Assembly (NCBI GenBank): GCA_014905635.1
Contig: JABVCE010000012.1
Location: forward strand, 1,054,001-1,118,000
DNA: 64,000 nt
Direction of reading: 5' to 3'
Origin: Scenedesmus sp. PABB004
Taxonomy: Eukaryota
A program made the position numbers and the translations under genes. The notes beneath the pieces were generated by a model. That model worked only from the letters and a program-made list of their open reading frames with translations, made no database searches and was not told the DNA's origin. Below are positions 39,000-51,500 of the stretch, in pieces. The number at the start of each line of letters is the position of its first letter. The stretch's first letter is position 1.

Positions 39000-41142
39000 T
39001 CACAGCCGTCCCTGCTGCTGCGCGGCGTGCGCGGCGGCGGTGGTGCTGAAGAAAATGTCCTTGGCGCTCGCGGCCTCAAAGCCGTCGCGGCGGTGGTGCT
39101 CGCGCAGGCCGCCCGACGCCGCGAGGTGCGCGTGCTGCGGCAGCGGGCGGCGCTCCACAAACTCCATGTACGCCCCCACCACGGGGTGGACCTGCCGCGC
39201 CGCAGTCAGGGCCGCGCGTCCGCGGCAAGTCAGGCGGCCGAGCGCCGGGCCCCGGCAGCGCGCGGCGTCACGCCGGCGCCGCGGCGCGCCGCCGCCGCAC
39301 CTCGCCGCCGGCAAAGGTGCAGTCGACCAGGTCGGCGACGGTGGAGCACTGCAGCAGCCCGCCGTCGGGGCTGACCTGCGCGCGGCAGCGGCGCGCGGGT
39401 CAGCGCCGCGGCCGTGCCAGGGCAGCGGCCGCCGGGGGCCACGGCAGGGGCCGCAGCAGCAGGTCGGCGGCGCCGCGTGCCTTCATTACGCCGCCCTCCT
39501 GGTTGAGGTTGAAGCCCTTCGCCGCCAGCTGCGCGGGCGGCGGCGGCGGCGGCGCGCGGGTCGGCCCCGCGCCGGCGCGGGCCGCGCCCTCACCCCGCCG
39601 CCGCGCCCGCGCACGCGCGGCTGGCGCGCGCGCCGCGGCGGCTGCCCCCGCCCCGGGCCGCCGCGCCGCACGCGCGCGCGGCGCGCCTCGTCGGCAAAGC
39701 TGTGGATGTCGCCGGTGCGCCCCGCGATCGCGTGGACGGACAGGGCGGTGTGGTTCAGGCGGAAGCCGTTGGCCAGCACCCTGCGTCGCACGCGCGCGCG
39801 TGGCCGGAGCCCGCGCCAGGGAGCGTCAGCGCGCCCAGCCCGTGCGGCGCGCCCTGGTCTCTGTGGCCGCGCGGCGCCGCGCTCACCACGCGCCGTACTC
39901 GCTCTCGCGCAGCAGCGCCGTGAAGTCGGCGCGCGACGGGCGCCGCCAGGGCAGCGCGCCGCTCACGGCCGCGCTCCACGCGCGCAGCATCGCGCCCTCG
40001 GGGCTGCTGCTGCCGCCTGCGGGCGCGGCGCGGCGCGTCGTGGGCGTGGAGTCGCGGCGGGGGCGGCCCGCCCGCGCGCCCCGCCCGCGCCCGCGGGCGC
40101 GCCGCCGCACCCGCCGCGGGGTCGACCAGCTCGTCTGTGTATGAGCGGATGAGCGCCTGCGCTGCAGGCGACAGCTTCTCCACCTGCGGCGGGCGCGTGC
40201 AACGCGGCGCAACGTCACGGCGGGGGCCGTCGGTCGGCGGGAGCGCAGCAGGCCGGAACGTGCACGCGGCGGCGGCGGCGGCGGCCGCCGCGCCTGCAGC
40301 TGCGAGACGAACATGCGTGGCAGCACCGCGTAGAGGTGCTGCGGCGGCGCAAACCACGCGGCGAGCAGGTGCGTCGCGGGGAATGTGTAGTAGTCTGGCG
40401 GCGGGCGCGCGGCGCGGCCGGCGAGGTCGGGGCGGCGAGGTCGGGGCGGCGGGCGGCGCGCGCGGGCCGCACCCTGCTGCGTGTACCCAAACGCCTGCAG
40501 CGCCGACCCCAGCGACTCCAGGCCCAGCCCCGGGACCTGCGCGCGGCGGCGGCGCCCCGTCGGCGGCGCGCGGGCCGCCGACGCGCCGCTCCTGCAAGCG
40601 CGCCGCTGCTCGGCCGGGCCGCGCGCGCGGCTGCTCACGCCAAAGGTTCGGAACGCAAAGTGGTCGTGCACCAGCTGCGCCTCGCCGTAGCCCTGCCGGT
40701 ACACGCGCTCGACGACCGCCGCCGCGCTCGGCGTCGCCGCTGCGGGGGTGCGGGGTTGCACGACGCCGCGCGGGCAGCGGTTGGCACGCGCTGGTGCGCG
40801 GGCAGCGGTTGGCGCGCGCCGGTGCGGCGCCGCGCGGGCCCGCGCGGGCGACGCTGCCGGCCGGCGCCGCACCCACCCAGGTAGGCGTCCAGGATCTGCT
40901 GCAGGCACGCCGCCAGGAGGCGGTTGGGCTGCGGCGGGTCGGCCGGCGCGCGTCGGCGCGCGCCAGCAGCAGCGCCGCGGGCCGGCGCCGCTGACGCAGC
41001 GATCCCTCACCTGAGCCGTGGTGCCCTGGGCGGTTGCCGCTGCCGCCGCAGCGGCCAGGCGCCTGCCGCCGACCGGGCGAGGCGGCGCCAGGCGGGCGCG
41101 GGCGCCAGCGGCGCCGCAGCGGGCGCTGGCGCGGCGCAGCAT
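39000..41142 (-). CDS. DUF1338 / 2-oxoadipate dioxygenase-decarboxylase (FLO7/HglS-like), plastid-targeted
   Basis: HDHFAFRTFG, LPRMFVSQL, ESEYGAW/VLANGFRLNH, SPDGGLLQCSTVAD, YMEFVERR, RRDGFEAASAKDIFFST. Confidence 0.88.
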
Positions 41143-41629
41143 GGCTGCTGTGCGGGGATGTCGCCAGTCTGTGAGCGGGGACTCACGGCCAAGGCGGATG
41201 ACGCTCTTCACGCTCTTGAGAGGGAGGGCTTTGGCCTCGCGCGCCAGGACCGCCAACGCGCCCCAGGCCCCGCGTTCCCGACGCACGCCGGGCACACACA
41301 CTCCGGGATCACACCGCCGGGGCCGGCAGGCGACGCGAGAGCTCGGCGTCCCACACACACGCGGCCAGCGCCGTGCCCAGGCACCCGGGCAGCGGGCCCG
41401 CACGCTCCCGAGAACATTCGGGTGTCGCTCGAGGGCCCAGTGCCGGGTTGGGCGCGGGGCGCACAGGTGGGCGCGGGGCGGGCCGCATGCGGTGGAGAGC
41501 GCCTTGCCCTCGTCGCCCTCTGCGTCGCCTCACGCCCGCCCGCCCGCCGCGCGCGCCCCGCAGTCCGTGCGTGCCCCCCAGCGTCTAGCGCTGCTCCTGG
41601 GGCGGCGCGCGGGCCAGGAGCCGCGCGCA

Positions 41630-42900
41630 ATGGCCCCCGCAGCAGCAGAGCCGCAGGGCGCGCAGGAGCAGGAGGCCGAGGAGCTGGAGGAGCAGGCCGG
41701 CGAGCGCGCGCCGCTGCTGGCGGGCGGGGCCGCGCAGCAGGCGCGGCCGCCCACGGCGGCGGCGCCGCCGAGCGCCGCCGCAGCAGCAGCGGCTGCTGCT
41801 GCAGCAGCGGCGCCGCCGGGCGTGGGCGGCGGCAAGCCGGGGAGCGACAAGGCCGCCGCCGCCGCGTCCGAGGGCAAGGACGCGCTGGGCCAGTGCCGCA
41901 TCTGCCTCGAGGAGGAGCAGCTCGGCGCGCTCGAGGCGCCGTGCGCGTGCGCGGGCACGCAGCGCCACGCGCACCGCGAGTGCATCCAAAAGTGGATCAA
42001 CGAGAAGCGGCGCGGGCACTGCGAGATCTGCGGCGCGCGCTACCGCGGCGCGTATGTCGTGCCGCCGCCGCCGCCGCCGCCGCCGCCGCTGCCCGCGGCG
42101 GGCGAGCCGCTCGGCGCGCCGCTCGGGGGGCTCTACCTCACGCTTGAGGAGCAGGCGCGCGGGCACGACGCGCTGTACGACGACTGGGACGACCACCGGC
42201 AGCCCACGCTGAGCTGGGCCTTCTCGCTCGCCATGTTCCTCATGCTCCTCTTCTCCCTGCACACCTCGCTGCCGCCCGGCGGTGAGGTCCCCGGCGCCGC
42301 CGGCCCCGGCGGCGCGGCGCCCGGCGGCGGCGCGCCGGGCGGCGTGCCCGGCGGCGGCGTGCCCGGCGGCCCCGGCGGCCCGGCGCCGGGCCCGGCGGCG
42401 CCGGGGCGCTGCCGGACGGCGCGGTCGCGGGCTTTGCCGCCGCGGCGACGCTGTTCATCGTGTGGGTGCTGACGAAGCTGCTGCTGGTCGTGCTGCCGCT
42501 GCTGGCGGTGATGCGGCTCGCGGCGCGCGCGCAGGAGCAGGCGGCGGCCGAGGCGGCCGCCGCTGCGGGCGCGCCCGGCGGCGGCGGAAGTGTGCCGGAG
42601 CTCGAGCTCGACGTCCTGGCGGCGCGCCGCGCGGCGCTGAGCCGGCTGGGGCGCGACTCGACGTTCTGGGGCGTCGCCGGCGCGCCCGCGGCGGCGGCGG
42701 CGGCGGCCGGCGCGCCGCCCGCGGCGGCGGCGGCCGAGGCGGCGGCGGCGGAGCAGCGCGTGATCGCGGCGATGCGGGCGATGGTGCGCGCGGCGATCGC
42801 CAACGCCGCGCGGCGCGAGCTCGAGACGCGCCGCGGCGCCGGCGACGAGGGCGGCGCTGGGGGCAGCGGCGGCAGCGCGCGGCTGGCAGGCGTGGTGTGA
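41630..42900 (+). CDS. RING-CH (MARCH-type) membrane E3 ligase with an apparent 1-nt frameshift near 42380
   Basis: CRICLEE..LEAPCACAGTQRHAHRECIQKWINEK...CEIC. The two TM segments (WAFSLAMFLMLLF; FAAAATLFIVWVLTKLLLVVLPLL) lie in different frames. Confidence 0.82.
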
Positions 42901-43027
42901 GCGAGGCGGGCGTTGCGGCGCGTTGGCCGGTGCCAGCGCGCGCATCTTATCCCTGTACAGCTTGTGAAGACGAGGGTGCAGGCAGTAGGCAGGCGGCGCG
43001 CGAGCAGGCAGGCGGGCGGGCGGCGTT

Positions 43028-43032
43028 TGTAA
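43028..43032 (+). terminator. TGTAA polyadenylation signal after the RING-CH gene
   Basis: TGTAA 128 nt after the stop. Confidence 0.5.
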
Positions 43033-43127
43033 CGCAACAGGCAGGCCTGCCGCTGACTGCCCAGACCGTAGTCCCGGCGCATCTGCCGCACGCCGGGCTG
43101 GCAGGGCCAGGGCCGCGAGCAGCAGCG

Positions 43128-45185
43128 ATGCTCGCCGCTGCCGGCGCCGCCGCTGCCCCGCGCGCCGCGCCGATCGCCGCCTGCCGCCCCGTGCGGCATG
43201 TGGCGGCTCGGGCAGCGGTGTCGGCTGGTGCGGAGGCGGAGGCGCTGCTGGCAGAGCTGGTGCAAGGTGGGCGCCCGTCGCCGCTGCTCTGCGCCGGGCA
43301 CCGGCAGGCACAGCAGCAGCTCGGACGCGTGCTCTCGGACGCATGCTCTCGTGGCTCTTGCCACAGCCTGCGCAGCTTTCGGTGCAGCGCGCCGGCCGCC
43401 GCTGCCGCCGCGCACGGCGCCCGCGGCCAACGGCGCCGGCCGCCGCTGCCGCCGCGCGCGGCGCCCGCGGCCGACGGCGCGCCTACCGCCGCGGGCCGCA
43501 GACGCGTACGCGGCCGCCGTGCGCTTGTCGCGAGGCCCCGCCGGCCTGGGGCTGACGGCGTCGGCGCCGATCAAGGCGGGCGAGCCGGTGCGCGGGCGAG
43601 GCCCCTGCAGCCAGCGCGCGAGCCAGCCAGCGCTCGGACACGCCGCGCCGCGGCGGCCCCGCGCGCAGGTGCTGGTGCTGCCCGACGCCAACTCGCTCAC
43701 CGTGCCGGAGGGCAGCTCTGTGTACGCCTGGGAGGTCGCGTGGCTGGAGCCGTTTGAGTCGGCGCACGGGCCGCTGCCGCCGGCGCTCAGCTTCTTTGCC
43801 TCGGACCACAGCGTGCCCGCGCTGCACCGCATCTCAGCGCTCATCCTCTGGGCGTGCAAGCAAGGGCAGCCCTGGAAGGCCTGGGCGGCGCTGCTGCCGG
43901 CCCTCGACGCCGCGACGTCGCCCGCGGGGCCGTGGACCGCGGCCGAGGTGGAGGAGCTGCAGCTGGAGCCGCTGAAGGTGGGGGGCGGCGGGGGGGGGGG
44001 GGGGCTGCACGCCTCGCGGCGCGAGGCGTGGCACGCGCGCGGTCCCGGCACCGCCAGGGCTGGCAGCAACCCCCGTGCCGGCGTTGAAACCCCTCTCTGA
44101 AGAGCCCTGGCGGCGCCGCTCGCAGATGATCATGGCAGACAATGCTGCATACTTCCGCGACCAGGCGGCGGCGCTGCACCGCCGCCTCACCGCCGACGAC
44201 GGCAGCGGCCTTGCCGCGCTGCGGCTGTGCGACAGCGGTGAGGCGCCGCGCGCCGCGCGGCGCGGGGCCCGCGCCACCGCGCCGCGCGCGCGCGCGCGCA
44301 CGCCCGCGCCACCACCGCGCCGCGCGCCGCCATGCGCGCCCACGCCGCTGGCGCGCGCGCGGGGCGCCGCAGTGGCGAGCGCTGCGTGGGCGCAGTTCAT
44401 TGCGTCCACGCGCGGCTCCGACGGGGGCAGCGACGACACGTCGGTGCACCCGGTGCACGACCTGCTGAATCACAGCGACGCCCCCAACTGCCGCGCGGGC
44501 GTGAGCACGCAGCAGGGCGGGTGCGCGTGCGCGCCGCGCCTCCCGCCCGCGCCGCCCTCCCGTGCGCGCGCGCGGCGCGGCGCCAGCGGCCGGGGCTGCG
44601 GGCTGACGGCCGTGCGCCGACACCGGCGCAGGTTCATCGTCCTCGCGGCGACTGACATCGCGGCCGGCGCTGAGCTCACCCTCTGCTACGCGGCCCCAGA
44701 GAGGCTGAGCAGCGTCGAGATGCTGCTCAGCTGGGGCTTCACCCCGGGCCAGCCGCGCGTCACCGACTGGGCGCTCGACGCCTGGATCGGCGTGCTGCCG
44801 GCGCTGCCGTGGGCGGCGGCGACGGCCGCCGCGGCGCGACTGAGCCGCGGCGCCGGCGGCGGCGCGCTGCTCGCCGCGGCGGGGAGCCTGCCGCTCGCGC
44901 TGCCGGCGGATGGCGAGCACGAGCTGCCGCGCCTGCTGCGGCGCGCGCCGGGCAGCCCGTCGGCCGACTATGGCCACGCGGCGCGCGCGCTGCAGCGCTT
45001 TGGCGTGGGCAGCGGCCCTGAGCTGCCGCCGCAGCCCGAGCCGCCGTCGCCGATCGCGGCGGAGCGCTTCAGGTCCCCCACCCTCGCGCAGCGCGCCGCG
45101 CTGCAGGAGGCGCTGCTGCAGGAGGTGCTGACGGCGCTCACAGATGGAGGCGGTGGGCCTGACGCCGGCGGCGGCAGACCTGGCA

Positions 45186-45223
<38 letters not shown>

Positions 45224-45970
45224 GGCGACGCGCAGGCTGCGGCGCTCTGCGCGACCGCGGTGCAGCACGAAGCCCTGCTGCAGCTCGCGGCATGCGGCAC
45301 AACGGTGGAGCAGGACGAGGCACTGCTGGCGCAGCTGCGTCAGCAGGCGGCGCCGACACCACACGGCGGAGGCAAGGCCGGACGGGCCCGGGCCAGGGCG
45401 GCGGCCGCGCCGGGCAAGGGCTTTGCGGCCCGCGCGCCGGCGGCAGCCCCGCCGGCGCCGGATCAGCGGCAGGCGCAGCAGGCGCAGCAGGCGCAGCAGG
45501 CGCAGCAGGCGCAGCAGGCGCAGCAGGCGCAGCAGGCGCAGCAGGCGCAGCAGGCGCAGCGCCGCGGCACGGCGCTCGACCGCGCGCGTGCGCTGCAGCG
45601 CCAGGTGATGGGGGGACTGCTGCTGCTGCGCGCCGGCGAGGCGCTGGCGGGCGGCGACGACGCCGATCGCGACGCGGCCGCGCGCGTGGTCGCCGCGGTG
45701 GACGCGCAGCGCCTGTGCGGCCCCGCGGCACCGGCGCAGCTGCTCGCGTTGCCTCGTGCCGCGCAGCTCGGCCGGCTGGCCGAGCTCCAGCGTGGCGTGG
45801 CCGGCGCGCTGGAGGAGGCGGCTGCCCCGGCACCGCCGCCGCTGCCGAGCGGGGCCGGTGGCGCGCGCGTGGCGGCGGCGGTGGCGGCGCGGGCGCAGCG
45901 CAAGCGCCTGCTCGCCGCCACGGCGGCGCTCGCTGGCGGCATCGCGGAGGAGCTGGGCGGGGCCCTGTGA
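43128..45970 (+). CDS. SET-domain lysine methyltransferase (Rubisco-LSMT/SETD3-like class), probable transit peptide
   Basis: GLGLTASAPIKAGEP/VLVLP, PVHDLLNHSDAPNC, DIAAGAELTLCY..LLSWGF, TTVEQDEALL. Confidence 0.8.
45470..45559 (+). repeat. (CAGGCGCAG)10 coding minisatellite encoding (QAQ)n
   Basis: Ten perfect 9-bp units. Confidence 0.9.
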
Positions 45971-46227
45971 TGCGGCCGAGCAAAACAGCAGCTGCGCCGC
46001 GCGGGGCGTCACGCCGGCGCGCAAACTTTTGAGCGAGCCCGCCGTCCCCGCCGCCCCGCCGCCCCGCCGCGCCCGCCCGCTCGCACGCCGCACTGTCGCC
46101 TCGCCCGTGATCGGAAAACCGCGACAGCTCGCCCCGATCGGCGAGCCCGACAAAAGACAGCAGTCGCGCCCGCCCCCCGCCATGCGCGCGCGCTAGGCCC
46201 CCGCAGCAGCGCCCGCAGCCGCCCAGG

Positions 46228-48457
46228 ATGGCGGACGAGGCCCAGGTGCTGGCCGACGCGGCCAAGCTGCCGCTGGAGGAGCGGGCGGCCCACAGCAACT
46301 GGAAGGTCCGCAGCGCCGCATACGAGGCCATCAAGGCCGGCTGCGCCTCCGTGTTCGACGCCTCCGACCCCGTGCTGGGCGAGTATGGTGAGGACCGCGG
46401 CGCACGGGCCGCCGGGCGCTGCGCCGGCAGCCGCGCCGCCCGCGCCAGGCAGCAGCGGCGGGCGGGCGGCGCGCCAACCGCCGCGGCGCGGCGGGCCGCC
46501 CGCCGGCCAGGCTCCGTGTTCCCCAAGGCCACCGCCGACGGCAACGCCGCGGCGCTGGACAAGGCGCTCGAGGCGCTCGCGGCGTTCCTGGAGAAGGCCA
46601 GCGACGGCGCGGCGGCGCGCATCGCGGGCGCGTGCTGCGCCAACATCGTGGCCAAGGCGCTCGGCGCGCGGCCCAGCACTGCCGCCAAGGGCGTGGACTG
46701 CCTCGCCGCGTTCGTGGAGGTCGAGCAGGCGGACAAGGCCACGGTGCGCCGCCGCGCGGCGGGCCGGCGCGGCGGCTGTCGCGGCGGGCGCGGCCGGCCT
46801 CACGCGCGGCGCGCTGTGCCCTGCGCCGCGCAGACCGCGCTGGTGGAGGGCTACAAGCACAAGGTCCCCAAGGTCGTCGTCGGCTCCCTCGACGCCACGC
46901 TCACGCTCGTGCGGTGAGGGAGCGCGGCACGCGCCCGCGCGCAGCTGCGGCGGCACGGCCTCCGCGCGCCGCCGCGGCGGCGTGCCAACCCGCCGCCGCC
47001 GCAACACACACGCACGCGCGCGCGCGCCGCAGCGCGTTTGGCGGGCGCGTGATGCCGGCGCAGGCGCTGCTCAAGGCGATGGCGCCCATGTTTGAGAGCA
47101 AGGACGCCAAGGCGCGCGGCACGGTGAAGGAGATTGTGGTGAGTGGCGCCGTGCGCGGCTGTGTGTCGTTGGTGGTCGCGGCGGCTGCGGGGCGAGGCGC
47201 AAGCGCGCCGCGCGCGTGGGCGGCAGCGCCGCGCGGGCCGGAGGCGCCGACCCGGGCCGTGGCACGCGCCGCCCCGCAGGCGGAGCTCGCGCGCTGGATG
47301 GGGCCTGAGCTCATCCGGGGCGCACTCTTTGAGAAGATGCGCGACGCGCAGAAGGAGGACGTGGAGCGGCTGCTCGCCGACGCGCCCGCGGGGCGGCCCC
47401 GGCCGGAGCGGCTCACGCGGCGCGAGGCGGAGAAGGCGGCGGCCGCGGCGGCGGCCGCCGCCGCGGCGCCGCCGCCCGGCGCCGAGGGCGGCGAGGCGGC
47501 GGCGAGCGGCGGGGGCGCGCCCGCGGCCGCCGCGGCGGAGGAGGAGCCGGAGCAGGTGCGTGCGGCGGCGGCGCGCGGCTGGCAGCGGCCGCGCCAGCGC
47601 GCAGGCAGGCGCGCGCGCCGCCGGCCGCCCGCCGCGCCCGCCGGCGCCGCCGTCACTCTCGCCCTCACGCCCGCGCCGCTGGCAGGTCGACTCGTACGAG
47701 TTTGCCGAGCCCCGCGACATCATCCCCGAGCTCAAGAAGGACTTCTGGGACGGCCTCGCGAGCGCCAAGTGGAGCGAGCGCAAGGCCGCGCTCACGGCGC
47801 TGCGCGAGGCCGCGGCGTACCCGCGGCTGGCCAACAGCGACTGGGGCGACGTGAACCGCGAGGTCAAGAAGATCATCACCAAGGACTCCAACATCCAGGC
47901 GCGGCGCGGCGCGGGCGGCGGCGCGGGCGGCGCAGGCATGGCGGGTGCGGGGAGCTGGCAGGGACGTGCGCGCGCGCGCCGACGCGGCGCGTGCCGGCAC
48001 GCGCGCCGCCAGGTCGTCGCGGAGGCGATCAACTGCACCGCCAACATCGCCAAGGGCCTGCGCCGCGACTACCGGGGGCCCGCCATGACGCTGTGCCCGG
48101 GTGCGCCGCCGCTGTAGCGCGCCACCGGGCGGCGCGGCCGTGCCCGTCACGCCTGGCCTCGCCAGACGGACCTGTGTCCAGCCGCGTGGGCCCGGCCGCA
48201 GCGCGCACGCTGACGTGCCCGCCGCGCCCGCCGCGCCGCGTCGCGCCCCCTGCCCCGCAGTGCTGCTGGAGAAGTTCAAGGACAAGGCCGCCGTGGTCGG
48301 CCGCGCGGCGGGCGAGGCGCTCGACGCGATGGCGCGCTACAGCTTTGCGCTGCCGGTGCGGCGGCGACGCGGGCCGGGGCTGCGCGCCAGCCTCCGCGCG
48401 CGCGGGGCGCGGAGCGCGGGGGGCCTTGGAGCGCGGTAGGGGCAGGGGCGTGGCCGA

Positions 48458-48512
<55 letters not shown>

Positions 48513-51500
48513 TGAGCGCACCCACAGGACGTGGCGGAGGACGTCGCCGCGGCACTGGGGCACCAGAACCCCAAGGTCAAGGAGAGCAGCCTCGCCTGGC
48601 TCGCGGGCTGCACGGCGCGGGAGAGCAAGCAGGGCGTGCTGAAGCTGCTGCCGCTCGTCGTGCCCGCGGCGGTCAAGTGCACCGACGAGGGCGCGCCGGC
48701 CATCCGCGAGGCGGCGCTCAACTTCCTGGTCCAGGCGGCGCTCAAGGCGCGCAGCGCGGGCGCGACGCACCCCGGCCCGGCCTCCCCTGCGCTCCCCCGC
48801 GCACGCGCTGGCGCGTGGGCGCGCTCACGACCCGGCCCGCCGCGCCGCGCCGCGCAGGCGGGCAGCCTGGCGGCGCTGGACAAGGGCCTGGCCAAGATGG
48901 ACGAGGGCAAGCGCAAGAAGCTCGAGGAGATGCTGCAGGACGCGGCCAAGGCGCGGCGCGGCGGCGGCGGCGCGCCCGCGCCCACGGCACCCGCGGCGCC
49001 GTCGCGCGCGTCGAGCGCCCGCAGCATCAAGGCGCCGGCGCCGGTGAGCGAGCGAGGGGGAGGAGGGCGGGGGGCGGGCGCGCCGCGCCGAGCCGCCGCG
49101 TCGCACCGGCGGGCGCGTCGCGCCAGGGCTGACCGGCCTGCCGCGCCGCGCCGCGCAGGGCGGCGCCTCGCCCGCGACCAGCCCGCGCGCCAGCAGCAGC
49201 GGCCCGCCCGGCCGCGCCGGCCCGCCGGCGCGCGCGCCCTCGACGCGCGCCAGCGCCGCGCGGCCGGCCGCGGGCAAGCGCCCCGCAGCGGCGGGCGTGC
49301 CGGCCGCGGCCAGCGGCGGCGGCGGCGGCGACGGCGGCGCCGAGGAGAGCGAGGCGTCGCTCTCGGGCGGCCTGCTGGGCGCGCACGAGGCCAAGGAGCG
49401 CCTGGCGGAGCTGCTCGGCGACGAAGTCGCCGCCGCGCTCGGCGACGCGCAGTGGAAGGCGTGCCGGCCGCCGCCGCGCTGGCCGCCGCCGCGCGCGGCT
49501 CGTGCCGACTGGCGGCGCGCGGCGCCCCCGCCGACGTGCGCGCGCCCGCTGCGCGCAGGTGCGCCTCGAGGCGATGGAGGGCGTCGTGGCGCGCGCGCAG
49601 GAGCCGGGCCTCGCCGAGGCGGCGGGGGCGCTGGCGCAGGGCATGGCGCACCTGCCCGGCTGGGAGGAGAAGAACTTCCAGGCGAGCCGCCGGCGGCATG
49701 GGCGGGCGCGGCGGCGGGCATGTGGGCGCGGCGTGGACGGGCGCGGACGCGCACGCGGGCCCGTGCCGACGACCGGGAGCCAGCGGCAGCCGCCCCGCGC
49801 GGAGCCGGCGCGCGGGCGCTGCCGCAGCCCCGTGCGCGTGCGCGCCCACGCGGCCGCTGCCGCCCGCGGCGCGCCGCCCGCAGGTCATGGCCAAGCAGTT
49901 TGAGGTCGTGCGCGCCTGCGCGGCGCAGCCGGGCTTTGGCAAGCGCGAGGCGCTCGTCGCGGTGGTCGGCGGCGTCGACAAGTGCGCGCCAGGGGCGGCG
50001 GGAGCCAGCGGCGCACCGCGCGCCGCCCGCCGCGCGCCGCGCGCCGCGCGCCGCGCCTGCCGCCGCTGGCTCGGCCGCGCACCTGCCCCGCCGACCACGC
50101 GCCGCCTCACCGTCGCCACCGCCGCCGCCGCCGCCGCCGCCGCCAGGCTGGCCGACCTGAAGCTCAAGGAGCCCGCCTCACTCATGCTGCTCGCCGCGGC
50201 TGAGGCGGCCGGCCCCCAGCTCGTCGCGGCGCTGCTGCACAAGCGCGCGGTGGCGCACAAGAACCCCAAGGCGCGCCCAAGAGAGGGGGGGGGGGGCGGC
50301 TCTGCGCCCCCCGGCCAGGCCGCGCGCCGCTCCGCCCCGCCGCGGCCGCCGCCGCCCACGCGCGCCGCCGCCGTCCGCGCGTCCATGGCCCACCCACGCA
50401 GGTGCTGACCGAGTCGCTCAACTGGACGGCGCGCGCGGTGTCGGAGTTCCTGCTGCCCGCGTTCTCGGTGCCCTCGCTGCTCTCCTGGGCCAAGGACGGC
50501 CTCGCCTCGGCCAACGCGGCGACGCGCACGGCCGGCACGCAGCTGCTGGGCCTGCTGCACGCCTTCCTGGGCCCCGCGCTCGCCGACATGGTGCGCCCCG
50601 ACCTCAAGCCCGCGCTCATGGCGACGGTCGAGGCCGAGTTTGCGCGCCAGCCGCAGCAGGGCAGCTGGACCGCGACGCGCGTGTCGAGGTGCGCAGCCGG
50701 GGGCGCCCGGGGCGGCGCCGAGGCGCGCGGGCACGGGGCCGAGGCGCGCGGCGCGGCCGGGCCGCGACGCGAGCACCGCCGCCGCCGCCGCTGGCTGCCG
50801 CCGCCACGCAGGGCCGCGGCGGCCGCCAAGGCTGCCGGCGGCGGCGGCCGCCCGCCGCGCGGCGGCGGCGCCGGCGGCGCCCGCGGCGCGGCCGCGGCGG
50901 CGGCGGAGGAGCCGGCGAGCATGGAGGACCTTCTCCCGCGCGCCGACATCAGCGCCCAGATCACGGGCGAGCTGGTCGGCAAGCTCGGCAGCGCCAACTG
51001 GAAGGAGCGCAAGGAGGGGCTCGACGAGGTCGAGGCCATCATTGCCGCCGCGGGCGGCCGCATCCAGCCCTGCGTGAGCGCCCCCCGGCGCGCCGCCGCG
51101 CCGCGCCGAGCGGCGGCGGCTCCCGCGCGGCGCCGCGCGCCCGCCCGACGCGCCCCTGCCGCCGCGCAGGTGGGCGACCTGATGCCGGCGCTGAAGGGCC
51201 GCATGGCGGACAGCAACAAGAACCTCATCGCCCAGGTGGGGCGGGGCGGTCGGTTGCACCGCAGCGCTGCGGCGCGGCTGTGCGGCGCCGCGCGACGCCC
51301 GCCACGCCACGCCACGCCCGCGCAGGCGCTGGTGCTGCTGGGCAAGCTGGCGCGCGCGATGGGGCGCAGCATCGCGCGCGAGGCGCGCCCCGTGCTCGCG
51401 CCCGCCGTGCGCTGCATCTGTGACTCGAAGCACACGGTGCGCGCCGCCTGCGCGGGCCGCCGGGAGCGCGGGCGGGGCCCGACCCGCGTGCTGCGCGCGC

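Noticed and set aside
40768..40825. ~28-bp tandem duplication in a DUF1338 intron
   Set aside because: An ordinary intronic slippage duplication with no evident function.
48029..51433. Very long ORFs such as the 1134-aa minus-strand ORF and many other Arg/Ala/Pro-rich ORFs
   Set aside because: They are antisense or off-frame shadows of real intron-containing genes. Stop codons are rare at this GC content and no domain motifs are present.
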